From positions 110,137 through 174,136 of the IMG/VR virus record IMGVR_UViG_3300013102_000030: DNA of 64,000 nt. One strand, given 5' to 3'. The stretch comes from a virus. Positions 19,586 through 28,614 of this stretch are shown here, one piece after another (within the stretch, counting starts at the first letter, position 1; each line of letters begins with the position of its first letter). The translations under genes and the position numbers were made by a program. The notes beneath the pieces were generated by a model. It saw only the letters and a program-made list of their open reading frames with translations, ran no database searches and was not told the origin of the DNA.

Positions 19586-19870
19586 ATCACTGTAACACGC
19601 GGTACAAGCAACTCAAACGAAAGGGGATCTGCTGAAGCCAGACGCATACGCAAGCAATGGCTGCTGGATGTCTTCGGCAACGGAACCATAGCGTTCTGCT
19701 GCTTCCATGGCTGCAAGGAAGCCCTCACCTTTGAGACTATCACAGTTGATCGAATCCAACCCGGATGTGAGGGCGGCACCTATCGTCGCGGAAACATCCG
19801 TCCCATGTGCGGATTCCACAACTCATCCACAGGCTCCAAACTGGGCCATGAGAGAAAGAAAAAGAAATGA
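19586..19870 (+). CDS. HNH endonuclease (no canonical start; ATC proposed)
   Basis: TVTRGTSN..RGS..RR.RKQWLL..FG.G...C...C...LT..TITVDRI.PG..GGTY.R.NIRP.C..HN; absent from ORF track. Confidence 0.8.
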   Translation: MTVTRGTSNSNERGSAEARRIRKQWLLDVFGNGTIAFCCFHGCKEALTFETITVDRIQPGCEGGTYRRGNIRPMCGFHNSSTGSKLGHERKKKK

Positions 19871-20259
19871 CGAAACACTACAATGAACTCAACATCACCT
19901 ACAAGCATGGTGATGGACGAACGTTCCGCCTTGAACGTGGAAAGGCCACCATCGATCTCGGATATGAATCGCATGGGATGTTCGTAATGAAGCTCAAGTA
20001 TGACTGGGGAGCATACTGCTACAACTCCATCCTTCTTGATGACAAGGATGAGTTTGACATCCCCGAAGATAAGAAGTATATGGGAGACCTCATCAAGGCG
20101 GTCCTCAAGGTGTTCGGAACGGACTACCTCTCTACCATCAAGGATCTTGAGACGTACATCATCTTCAACGACAAGAGAGATCCTGTTGGTTTTGTCAACA
20201 TCAAGGACAGTCAGAACTACATCATCTTTGACGACTTCTTCAAACTGTATACCAAGTAG
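19867..20259 (+). CDS. hypothetical protein
   Basis: ATGA overlap. Confidence 0.65.
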   Translation: MTKHYNELNITYKHGDGRTFRLERGKATIDLGYESHGMFVMKLKYDWGAYCYNSILLDDKDEFDIPEDKKYMGDLIKAVLKVFGTDYLSTIKDLETYIIFNDKRDPVGFVNIKDSQNYIIFDDFFKLYTK

Positions 20260-20332
20260 ACCCAAAAAGGAAAGTATGGTATCATTGATTGTCCCCAAGG
20301 ACAAGGCAATATCAAAGAAATTTTAGGAACCA

Positions 20333-20671
20333 ATGATCGACAAGACAAAAACACGAGCAGACTACGCCCCCAATGAGAAGAAAGTATGGCGCGGTGAATC
20401 TGCACAGCAGGTCTTCCTCCCTGAAGAGATGGAGAAGGAAGTCACTGAGGACGGGAAGCAGAAGTTCCCACCCGGAATCTACTTCCTCGCCATCGAAGAA
20501 CTACAAGGCGCATGGATTGACGGTGAGTGGGAAGAAGCTGGCTTTGATGCTGACGGCAACGAAATCCCCCGTTCCCGCAGGTACGTCCTGAAGCGCTTCA
20601 CCGAAACTGGCTTTGCCGAGAACGCGTTCTCTGCTGGCTATGCTGGACCTCGCAAGTACCAGAAAAACTAA
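20333..20671 (+). CDS. hypothetical protein
   Basis: AGGA RBS. Confidence 0.65.
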   Translation: MIDKTKTRADYAPNEKKVWRGESAQQVFLPEEMEKEVTEDGKQKFPPGIYFLAIEELQGAWIDGEWEEAGFDADGNEIPRSRRYVLKRFTETGFAENAFSAGYAGPRKYQKN

Positions 20672-20719
20672 TTGACGCAGTGACAAGGAAAATATGAATC
20701 TAAACACAAAAGGCACAAC

Positions 20720-22378
20720 ATGGGAGAAACCGAAACACTTCAAAACCTCTTCGTCACGCTCAAGCTTGACAAGTGGGGAGAAGAGCTTGTAGGTCAGAAA
20801 TTTGACTACAGCAACTTTGACATCACACTGGCAGAGAACACCCTTCCGCGTACCGAACTGAAGGCTGCTAAGGCTATTCGGGACAAGTTTGAGAGTGTCC
20901 TCTCCTACACAGAAGCACGTAACCAGTGGTATCTGTGGGATGGCCGTATCCACACTCCCTGTGAGGGTGATGGTATTGCCATCAAGGTAGCAAAGTACTA
21001 CTATAAAGCTATGGCGGATGCCCTTGAGTTCATCAAGGGTTACTACGATGTACTGGCCCGTCAGGCAGCTTCCTCCGGTAGTGCCACGGCAGCAGACGAT
21101 GCCAAGAAGATCCGCGCCCTGTACGACAAGGGAGAGATCGCCAAGCACAAGAACTTCCGTGATAGGATGGCAAGCGATTCAGGAATGAACGCGCTCATCC
21201 GTGTCATGAAGACCGAGTGTGACGTGCCTTCCGACTACTACGACAACGATCAGCGCTGGTTCGTCATGCGTGACTTCGTGTTGGATCTTGACGCTCTCCG
21301 TAACGGTGAGTGGAAGATGGTTCCGCATGATGCAGCACGGCCTGTCACCAAGTACTTTGATGCCAACTACGACGGCAAGAAGAACCTTGGCTACTGGGAT
21401 GAGTTTCTGGAACGGTCCATTCCCTCAAAGGAAGCACGTGACTACCTCCAGAAGGTCACAGGAGCCGCGTTCATGGGTGAGTCGAAGCTTCGTACCATCC
21501 TGAACCTGCACGGCCCTCCGGGGTCCGGTAAATCCGTCTTCATCAACACCTTCTTCAAGCTCGGGAAGTCCGGAGCAGGATACACCTGTATGCCTGACTC
21601 CAAGTCCATCATCAAGGTCTCGGGACAGAACTTTGAGCAGGACTCCTTCAAGGGCAGGCGCTTCATTGGTGTGTCCGAACCTCCCATGGGAGACTCAGTT
21701 GACAATGAGTTCCTGAAGAAGTTCACTGGTGATGAGTGGGTTGAAACCCGTACCCTGAACGTGAAGAGCGCTGGATGGGTTCCTCAAGGTGTACTCTTCG
21801 TGGCCTCCAACAAGCCACTGAAGATCAACACCCGTGACAAAGCCATCGTTGAGCGCGTGCAGATGATTGAGTTTCCTATCGAGTTCGAAAAGGATCACCC
21901 TGATCCCGCCCGTCGTCGTATCAAGGGACTTGAGGATCTGATCATGGAAGACCGTGAGCGTGTGCTTGCATGGGTAATCCGTGGTATGCTGGATTTCGTC
22001 AAGGAGGGAAGGCAACTGAATCCTCCGGCTGAAGTAATCCAGCTTCAGGCGAGTGTTGTCACAGAAGCTTCCACGGCCCTTCGCTGGGTTGAAGACTTCA
22101 TTGAAGACGGCCTGATTGTTGTGGATTTCGATGCACAGCCTCAGTACTTCATCCCCATCAACGATGCTTACGCACGTTACCAACTGTGGATCACCATGAA
22201 CGGTGAACACAAACCTCTTCCGAAGAGGTACTTCCAACAGGATATTGAGAACAAGTATGGCCTGAAGGTCCGTGAAGGCGGACAGGCAAGGTTCCTAGGT
22301 CTCACAGTCACAGCGGAATACAGGAGAGTGCACGGAGCACACGGGGTTGCGGCCCTTGCGAGCGCCGGAGCTTTCTAA
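20720..22378 (+). CDS. D5/P4-family SF3 helicase
   Basis: W..WDG, GPPGSGKS, VSE, LKKFTGDE...R.L, ASN..R. Confidence 0.9.
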   Translation: MGETETLQNLFVTLKLDKWGEELVGQKFDYSNFDITLAENTLPRTELKAAKAIRDKFESVLSYTEARNQWYLWDGRIHTPCEGDGIAIKVAKYYYKAMADALEFIKGYYDVLARQAASSGSATAADDAKKIRALYDKGEIAKHKNFRDRMASDSGMNALIRVMKTECDVPSDYYDNDQRWFVMRDFVLDLDALRNGEWKMVPHDAARPVTKYFDANYDGKKNLGYWDEFLERSIPSKEARDYLQKVTGAAFMGESKLRTILNLHGPPGSGKSVFINTFFKLGKSGAGYTCMPDSKSIIKVSGQNFEQDSFKGRRFIGVSEPPMGDSVDNEFLKKFTGDEWVETRTLNVKSAGWVPQGVLFVASNKPLKINTRDKAIVERVQMIEFPIEFEKDHPDPARRRIKGLEDLIMEDRERVLAWVIRGMLDFVKEGRQLNPPAEVIQLQASVVTEASTALRWVEDFIEDGLIVVDFDAQPQYFIPINDAYARYQLWITMNGEHKPLPKRYFQQDIENKYGLKVREGGQARFLGLTVTAEYRRVHGAHGVAALASAGAF

Positions 22379-22409
22379 GGGAATGCCCTGCTGGTCAGGG
22401 CATTTCTTG
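22379..22409 (+). terminator. intrinsic terminator
   Basis: GAATGCCCTG-ctggt-CAGGGCATTT followed by T-rich tail. Confidence 0.65.
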
Positions 22410-22426
22410 TACTATCAATCTAAACC

Positions 22427-22732
22427 ATGAAAGAGAGCTATACACATATGTCAGAACTGTCCGGTGAAAAGATCGAGCGACTTCTCTGGAAGGCAGGGTG
22501 CGAAGTTGAACACAACGACGGCTTGGAAGAGATCAGCCCGATCAAGGTGACTGTGGGGGACACCGTAGTTATCATCTCGGAAGCATGGTTCGAAGAGGGA
22601 GAGTGGTTCGTTGACACTGACACCCTCACGCTGGATAAGCTGGTAGAGGGTGAGAAGGTCGATGAGGACTTGGACTTCATTGACACGGAGGAAGACCTCG
22701 TGGAACACATCCTGAAGCTGGGAGGGGAATGA
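22427..22732 (+). CDS. acidic hypothetical protein
   Basis: ORF, D/E-rich. Confidence 0.65.
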   Translation: MKESYTHMSELSGEKIERLLWKAGCEVEHNDGLEEISPIKVTVGDTVVIISEAWFEEGEWFVDTDTLTLDKLVEGEKVDEDLDFIDTEEDLVEHILKLGGE

Positions 22733-22896
22733 AAGGCTCAATCGTCCGTATAGCTCCCAAGTTTCCCATGCCCACCGGCTACGAGCGCAGGGGCAAGGTC
22801 ATCGGAGAGAATGAGACCTCAGTCGTTGTCCAGATCGAAGACAAGCCTGTGTCCATCCTCGTCCGCAAGACCCACATTGCCGTGATGTCGGCATGA
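22729..22896 (+). CDS. small SH3-like barrel protein
   Basis: MKGSIVRI..GKVIGE..VVVQIE; RBS GGAGGGG; ATGA overlap. Confidence 0.65.
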   Translation: MKGSIVRIAPKFPMPTGYERRGKVIGENETSVVVQIEDKPVSILVRKTHIAVMSA

Positions 22897-23039
22897 CATT
22901 CAAAGAAAAGTTCCAAAACTGGGTAGACCGTACCTATTACACGTGGTACGCTTGTCGAAGAGGCAAGCACTACATGAAGTTCAGTGGCTGCGTCTACTGT
23001 GGAAGCACTGAGTACCGGGCAACAAATTACCGGGATTAG
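22893..23039 (+). CDS. small Cys/His protein
   Basis: C..GKH..CVYCG; ATGA overlap. Confidence 0.55.
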   Translation: MTFKEKFQNWVDRTYYTWYACRRGKHYMKFSGCVYCGSTEYRATNYRD

Positions 23040-23042
23040 CGC

Positions 23043-23073
23043 TTGACAGGGTTCCAGAACTCCGATAGTCTTT
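23043..23073 (+). promoter_or_regulatory. sigA-type promoter, GATAGTCTTT class
   Basis: TTGACA-N17-TAGTCT. Confidence 0.8.
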
Positions 23074-23116
23074 AGATATCAGAGCAACACCGACAACCAA
23101 CTGGGAGGAAAATACA

Positions 23117-23518
23117 ATGGCAAAGACAGCAGTCAAGGCAAAGCCCACCACTATCGCGGAGGAGCTTGCAGCGGTTGAAGCGGAACGCACGCGTCCGTCG
23201 AAGCCGATCTCACCGTCCGCCTACAAACTGGTGGAAGAGATGCACGACATCAACGAATTCCTCGCTCCGTACATTGCACGGAAGGAGGAGATCAAGGCCA
23301 AGGTCGCCGCCGAGATGGACCGCAAGGGCGTTGATGTCCTGACCCGCAGGGGCGTGGAAGTCGTCTCCCGTGACGAATACGAGTCCACGTCCTCCGACAT
23401 CAAGGGTCTGGAGAAGACCTTCCCGGAGATCGCTGCTCAGTTCATCAAGCACTCCAAGAAGTTCCGGTTCAACTGGAAGAAGCGGGTCACGTCGGCAGCA
23501 CCCGTCATCCCCGAATAG
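23117..23518 (+). CDS. hypothetical protein resembling YqaJ-type C-terminal region
   Basis: GGAGG RBS; D.K.L...FPEI..QF.K.S..RF. Confidence 0.65.
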   Translation: MAKTAVKAKPTTIAEELAAVEAERTRPSKPISPSAYKLVEEMHDINEFLAPYIARKEEIKAKVAAEMDRKGVDVLTRRGVEVVSRDEYESTSSDIKGLEKTFPEIAAQFIKHSKKFRFNWKKRVTSAAPVIPE

Positions 23519-23572
23519 CTGGTACGGCGGTAGCTCTCGGGCTACCGCCCCAGCCTGACCAAGGAAAAGAAC

Positions 23573-23830
23573 ATGACAACCCAGAACTACGATGTGCTCC
23601 GTGACCAGATCAAGAGCACCATCAGCAACATCGAACACAACACCGTCACCCGTGAGGACCGCGTCTTCATCACTCATCTGCTGGAAGAGGTCCAGTCCCA
23701 TCTTGACACCGTGGAGAATCCCGGATACTTCGGATTCGCCCTGATTGGTCAGGCGTTTCAAGATGTGGTAGGCTCAACGCAGGAACTCATCAACGACGGT
23801 CTGATACAGGAAGAGAAGACCTCCGAATGA
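23573..23830 (+). CDS. hypothetical protein
   Basis: AAGGA RBS. Confidence 0.65.
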   Translation: MTTQNYDVLRDQIKSTISNIEHNTVTREDRVFITHLLEEVQSHLDTVENPGYFGFALIGQAFQDVVGSTQELINDGLIQEEKTSE

Positions 23831-24105
23831 TGATTCAACCCATGCTCCCGGCACTTCCACCAGCCATGAGCCACATCCCGGCCCGATCTCCTGAGTGGAA
23901 GAGCCACGAGAACATCGGCCATGCCAAGAACGCTGTCTCCCAGAAGGTACCACTGACCTCTTGGGGAAGCCGGAGGGCAGGCGCACTGTGTGACATGCAC
24001 ATCTTCGTCTTGGAAGATGGGCAGTATGTTCCCAAGTGGGTAATCCCTCAGGGAATGCAGTTCGCTGATCTTCCATGGAAGAACGAAAAGAAGCAACGCC
24101 CTTGA
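23827..24105 (+). CDS. hypothetical protein
   Basis: ATGA overlap; K.H...GHAKNA. Confidence 0.65.
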   Translation: MMIQPMLPALPPAMSHIPARSPEWKSHENIGHAKNAVSQKVPLTSWGSRRAGALCDMHIFVLEDGQYVPKWVIPQGMQFADLPWKNEKKQRP

Positions 24106-24130
24106 CTTTCCAGTCGTGGTCCTGTAAAAT
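24102..24130 (+). promoter_or_regulatory. sigA-type promoter of putative sRNA-1
   Basis: TTGACT-N17-TAAAAT with TG extension. Confidence 0.8.
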
Positions 24131-24136
24131 GGATCA

Positions 24137-24247
24137 TGTTGGTAGCCAGTAAATCCCCTCCTAGTTTACTGGCGAACGATCCGGTTTGGTACCCGGATCG
24201 GGGAAGTCCCGCAGTTGTAGCCTTTGCTCCTGCGGGACTTCTTTTTT
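24137..24247 (+). ncRNA. putative three-hairpin small RNA (sRNA-1) with anti-Shine-Dalgarno loop
   Basis: Stems 24145-53/24165-73, 24177-84/24193-200, 24203-14/24230-41 + T6; own promoter; no RBS-led ORF. Confidence 0.7.
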
Positions 24248-24288
24248 GACCAAAATCTCTAACAGAAACAACAAGTAAAGGATCTATC

Positions 24289-24539
24289 ATTTCCACTGCA
24301 ACCATCTCCGCTCCTGCTGCCACTGCCGATCAGGAAGTGCTGCACACCACGTCTGTAAGCTGGTAGCCAACACCAGCAACTGGCGCAAAGTCGCCAAGGA
24401 TCTCATCGGTGATGAGCCTGTGACGTACGCTGAGCGGTCCAAGAAGGACACCCTGAGGAAGTTCCCCATCATCAACATCTCCTCCTCCGACAAGGAAGCT
24501 CTGGATCGCGTGTTGACAAAGGCAGCAGAGGTCGAATAG
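24289..24539 (+). pseudogene. small gene with ATT start and -1 frameshift near 24345
   Basis: AAAGGA RBS, STATISAPAATADQEVLH, then coding-like frame HVCKLVANTSNW...EVE*. Confidence 0.5.
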
Positions 24540-24542
24540 AGT

Positions 24543-24734
24543 ATGACTAAAGGAATGATCTGGACCGCGCTAATCACAGCGTTGGTCCTTCTGACCGGAG
24601 TCCTCATCGGACATGCACACCATGCTCAGAATGAGCAGGTCAAGAACTTCAACATGGAATGTATTCAGGCTGGCGGAACCATGGAAGTCCACAAGGACAT
24701 CGAAAAAGTCTTCTGCCAGAAGAACAAGAACTAG
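24543..24734 (+). CDS. small membrane protein (C..AGG..C)
   Basis: N-terminal TM. Confidence 0.65.
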   Translation: MTKGMIWTALITALVLLTGVLIGHAHHAQNEQVKNFNMECIQAGGTMEVHKDIEKVFCQKNKN

Positions 24735-24744
24735 AAAGGACAAA

Positions 24745-25179
24745 ATGGGATACAAGAAAGACGTTGCAAAGGGCATCGGTGGAGGCACCCTTGTTCTGAT
24801 CGTGGTCCTCGTGATCGGCGGTCTCATCTCGGGAGGCATCTGGCTCTTCGGAGTAGCAACCTCCGGCATCAAGGGTCAGGGTGACGCTGTCAAGATCAAC
24901 AACAGCGCTGAGAACTGGACGAAGAACCAAGCGTACTTCCACAAGCAGTTCGAAGCTGTCAAGGCAGCGGACCAGAAGATCGGAACCTACAAGACCGTTC
25001 TGGACACCGACCCCAAGGACAAGACCGCGCTGACCAACTACACCAGCATGGTCAACCAGTGCAAGAACTACGTCGCTGAGTACAACGCCAAGTCGGCAGA
25101 TGTACTGGCCCGTTACTGGAAAGATCCGGAACTGCCGACCACCATCAACGAACTCAACCCCGCCACCGACTGCAAGTAA
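24745..25179 (+). CDS. membrane-anchored helical protein
   Basis: GAAAGGA RBS; TM then C...VAEYNA.S. Confidence 0.75.
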   Translation: MGYKKDVAKGIGGGTLVLIVVLVIGGLISGGIWLFGVATSGIKGQGDAVKINNSAENWTKNQAYFHKQFEAVKAADQKIGTYKTVLDTDPKDKTALTNYTSMVNQCKNYVAEYNAKSADVLARYWKDPELPTTINELNPATDCK

Positions 25180-25190
25180 AGGACAAACAC

Positions 25191-25670
25191 ATGAAGAGCA
25201 TTACCAAGAAAATCTCTGCCGTTGCTGTAGCCGGTCTGCTGGTCTTCAGCGCCACGGCCTGTTCCCCCAAGAGTGCGGAACTGAAGGAACGTGAAGCACT
25301 CCAGAACCAGTCCGCCAAGAAGGACTCGCTGGAACTGAAGAACCTCGCCGCCAAGCGGGATCTGGAGAACAACCCGGAGACGCTTCGCTACGTCTACATC
25401 ATGAACTTTGGTCAGATCGTCGGCTACTACACGGCCAAGGGCAAGATCTCCTCGTCGGCTTCCCAGATCGCCCCTGAGCAGGATCTGATCAAGATCTGTG
25501 AGAACTGCTCCGACCGCCTCATCATGGACTCTGCCAAGGATGACGGCTCCTACGGTGACGGTGATCCCGGAATCTTCTTCTTCACCCCGGATGGTACGAT
25601 GATCGAGACCAGCCTTGATTACATCGTCTCCACCAACCCCGTCGCCATCGACGTAAAGCGTCTGGGCTAA
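25191..25670 (+). CDS. lipoprotein
   Basis: lipobox ATA-C; KGKISS..SQ; DDGSYG...GIFFFT.DG. Confidence 0.8.
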   Translation: MKSITKKISAVAVAGLLVFSATACSPKSAELKEREALQNQSAKKDSLELKNLAAKRDLENNPETLRYVYIMNFGQIVGYYTAKGKISSSASQIAPEQDLIKICENCSDRLIMDSAKDDGSYGDGDPGIFFFTPDGTMIETSLDYIVSTNPVAIDVKRLG

Positions 25671-25674
25671 AACA

Positions 25675-25707
25675 AAAGACCCCTTCTCTTAGGAGAGGGG
25701 GTCTTTC
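25675..25707. terminator. bidirectional terminator between convergent genes
   Basis: AAAGACCCCTTCTC...GAGAGGGGGTCTTT. Confidence 0.8.
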
Positions 25708-25709
25708 GT

Positions 25710-27149
25710 TTATCGTCTGTAGAAGTTCTTTGTTCGGATCGAGCCGGAGATCCTGCTTCGTCCTGATCCCATCGTCTGGGGAAGCTTCCTGCTGGCTGCT
25801 GAAGAGGCCGCATAGCGTCCTGCCCTCAGTCCGGGAGGAGGAGTAATGACCGCTGCGGTCACGCCCCACACCATGGCATCCAGTCTGTCAGGGCTGTAGC
25901 GGCTGCTCTCCGGGTCCCAGAACAGGCACTGGTCTTCCAGTTCAGGCATGATGCCATTGAAGCGCACACGGCCCTGCTGCATGGCAATGACGACCGGTTC
26001 TGCACGAGTCTGCTTACCACGGGTAGCGACAACAGGGAACGTGATCAGTCCGTCATCAACAGCGTTGATCGCCATCTGGATCAGTGCGCCGCCTTGGTTT
26101 TTCTCATAGACTACGAACTTTGTGTTCCACTTCTTGGCTGCATTCACAACAACCTTGGACCAAACGTCCGGTCCAGCCTTGATTGAGAAATCTTCTAGGA
26201 CATATACCTTGCGTTGTGTGAGATCGCGTTCTTGGGTACAACCCATGACCATGATCCCACATTCGTCTTTTGGGTTTTCTGCCACTGAAGGGTCCACCGC
26301 CACAAACCTCAGGGGAAGGTACGGGGGCCTTCCGGATTTGTCGATGGCCTTGTCCAGCATCTCCTGTGTGAAGACGACACCCTCAGCATCCTCAAGCATC
26401 ATTCCGTCAAGCTCCTGCTTAGCCAGATCGGAGTTACCGTACTGGCCCACAAGGTTGTCGATGTAGTTCTTGGAGAGGGAGGTATTGTCAAACGTGGAAC
26501 CTGTGATAATCTTGATTCGACGTGAGGGATCTTTAGCGTTCTCCATCAGGTCGCGCATAACCGCAGTCCTCTTAGGAGTCGTTGCCAGCAGAAGCTGGGG
26601 GTTCTCTCCCAGACGGGTAGCAGCAACAAGGTTGGAGAACAGGGTAGCACCGGAAGCGTCAACGTTCGTCTTCCACGCCGCGAACTCGTCACCCACACCA
26701 TAGTGGAACTGGGGACCACGAGCGGAGTCAGGAGACTCAGAGGACAGCAGGAGGGCCTGTGATCCGTTGGGCCAGTGCAGTGTCTGGACGTGCTGCTTGT
26801 ACTCTGGACGTTCGTCTGGGTGGTGTACAGCCAGTACTCCGGACTCACCAAGGATCATTGTGTTACGTACGTCAGCGACGGTACGTGCAGCAATGGCGAT
26901 ACGGCATCCGGGATTCTCCAGAGCCTTGCGCCTGATCCACTGGGAGGCTGTCAGAGTCTTGCCGAAACCACGGCCAGCGACTAGGGCTGTGATGAACCAG
27001 TCACCATCGGGAACCTGTTGCTCCGGCCTCAGCCAGAACTTTGCGTCATACTGGAGATTTTCAAAATCCTTCTCCGTATAACCCTTGAAGATCTCAGCGC
27101 GTTCTGCATCAGACAGCGCTGCAATCTCCTCAGCTAGGGATTTTGCCAT
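25710..27149 (-). CDS. terL: terminase large subunit
   Basis: RPEQ, AGRGFGKT, RGPQFH..VGDE, ATTPK, nuclease AVDP...D.CG, PDRLDA. Confidence 0.93.
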   Translation of the reverse strand: MAKSLAEEIAALSDAERAEIFKGYTEKDFENLQYDAKFWLRPEQQVPDGDWFITALVAGRGFGKTLTASQWIRRKALENPGCRIAIAARTVADVRNTMILGESGVLAVHHPDERPEYKQHVQTLHWPNGSQALLLSSESPDSARGPQFHYGVGDEFAAWKTNVDASGATLFSNLVAATRLGENPQLLLATTPKRTAVMRDLMENAKDPSRRIKIITGSTFDNTSLSKNYIDNLVGQYGNSDLAKQELDGMMLEDAEGVVFTQEMLDKAIDKSGRPPYLPLRFVAVDPSVAENPKDECGIMVMGCTQERDLTQRKVYVLEDFSIKAGPDVWSKVVVNAAKKWNTKFVVYEKNQGGALIQMAINAVDDGLITFPVVATRGKQTRAEPVVIAMQQGRVRFNGIMPELEDQCLFWDPESSRYSPDRLDAMVWGVTAAVITPPPGLRAGRYAASSAASRKLPQTMGSGRSRISGSIRTKNFYRR

Positions 27150-27417
27150 TGTGTGCTCTTTCGGGTAGTGTGGACTCTGTTGCCGCCCATGGATTGACGA
27201 TTAGAACCGTTGATCCGTCACCCGCTTTCGCTCTCGTGGCCTCAATCTGATCGCGTAGATCGACTGGGACATGATCCGGTGTTGACTCATGTACCGTGAA
27301 GTGGTACTCTGAGTCTGGAAAGTAGGTGTCGCGTACAGCTTCAGCGATCTCGATCACACGAGTGGTGTCTGTCAGTACGAAAACGGCACTATTGAAGGAA
27401 GTCATAGAGTTAGTCAT
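27130..27417 (-). CDS. hypothetical protein upstream of terL
   Basis: Overlaps terL start, co-oriented. Confidence 0.65.
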   Translation of the reverse strand: MTNSMTSFNSAVFVLTDTTRVIEIAEAVRDTYFPDSEYHFTVHESTPDHVPVDLRDQIEATRAKAGDGSTVLIVNPWAATESTLPERAHNGKIPS

Positions 27418-27455
27418 TACTCTATTTTACCATATTCAACCTAAAAGGAGTTCGA

Positions 27456-27926
27456 TTGAAAAACGTCACGCCCGTCCTGAACCGTCTTGAGTACATCGTG
27501 GAGAAGGAAAACGTGTACAGGAATCCGGGAGACGCAGCGGTTCGTGCCGTCAAGGAGATCGATGAGAAGTTCATCGTGATTGCACGCAACACCCTTCCCA
27601 TCGTTGAGAAGACGAAGGACCCGTCCGTCTGGGGATGCGGACAGGACATTCATCGTGTCGGTGGTGTCACCGATCAGAACTCCGATCCCGACTTCCACCG
27701 CAAGCGTGCAAAGGAGCACCTTGCCATGGCCGTCCATCTCATCCAGAAGAAAGAAGAGAAGGCTGAGAAGCTGACTGCACAGCGAAAGAAGATCTGGCTG
27801 GAACTCTTCCCGAGCGCAGTGGCTACAGATTCCTTCTCCTATGAAGGACAGCCCACTCACGTCAAGCTCGCCATCGATAAGATCGTCTCTCTGGAGAATA
27901 CGATTTCGACTTCCGCCCACTTCTAG
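27456..27926 (+). CDS. hypothetical protein
   Basis: AAGGAG + TTG. Confidence 0.7.
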   Translation: MKNVTPVLNRLEYIVEKENVYRNPGDAAVRAVKEIDEKFIVIARNTLPIVEKTKDPSVWGCGQDIHRVGGVTDQNSDPDFHRKRAKEHLAMAVHLIQKKEEKAEKLTAQRKKIWLELFPSAVATDSFSYEGQPTHVKLAIDKIVSLENTISTSAHF

Positions 27927-27956
27927 GCTAAGCTAGATACCAACAGCAAGGACCAA

Positions 27957-28181
27957 TTGAAAAAGGAGAGCATGCAGATCATCACCAAGGGCGAAGCACT
28001 GGAAGCCCTGAATAATGTACGTCGGGATGAGCGGGAACAGTTCTCCATCAATGGTAATCCGCACCAACTTGGTCCGGTTACCATCTATTGTGTGACGGTG
28101 TGGTCCGAAGACAACGTGGACTTCCCGGAAGTAATGTTCGTTCGTGAAAAAGGAAAGGTCAAGGTACATGGCACAGCATAA
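27957..28181 (+). CDS. hypothetical protein
   Basis: RBS; ORF. Confidence 0.6.
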   Translation: MKKESMQIITKGEALEALNNVRRDEREQFSINGNPHQLGPVTIYCVTVWSEDNVDFPEVMFVREKGKVKVHGTA

Positions 28182-28243
28182 GGAAAGCGGTCTGGACGTT
28201 CTGGATCAGATGTTCGACGCACAGGAGTTCGGAGAGGCGGACT

Positions 28244-28561
28244 GTGGAGCGTAACTGGGACAACATCATCACGGACCCGGAGACGGGCCTGCCGGATCTT
28301 CCCAGCAATATGTTCTGGCGGGTGAAGGAGACTTCCGTTGGATACTTTGAGGTCCGCCTCATCGAGAAGCGAGAGGTCCGCTACTTTATCTTCTGGAAGA
28401 AGGTCAAGGAGTTACCGTCTACCCACTACGGTGTAGGCAAGGTACTGGACAAGGAGACTATACGTGCCCGTGCCGAGTTCGCTTACAGCGACTGGCGCTC
28501 GTGGGTTCGGTTGCAGCGTGCCAAGGATCTTCTGGGAGACTACCCGCCGAAGTCCCTCTAA
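28244..28561 (+). CDS. GLPxLP...GDYPPK family protein 1
   Basis: TGLPDLPSNMFWRV ... LLGDYPPKSL. Confidence 0.75.
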   Translation: MERNWDNIITDPETGLPDLPSNMFWRVKETSVGYFEVRLIEKREVRYFIFWKKVKELPSTHYGVGKVLDKETIRARAEFAYSDWRSWVRLQRAKDLLGDYPPKSL

Positions 28562-28614
28562 TATACCCCTTGCGGAATATGATACAATGGAAGCTCACCA
28601 TTGATTGGAGAATC

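Noticed and set aside
23518-23556. Intergenic hairpin as another sRNA
   Set aside because: Single stem with a tiny loop, no promoter and no U-tail; more likely an mRNA stability or processing element
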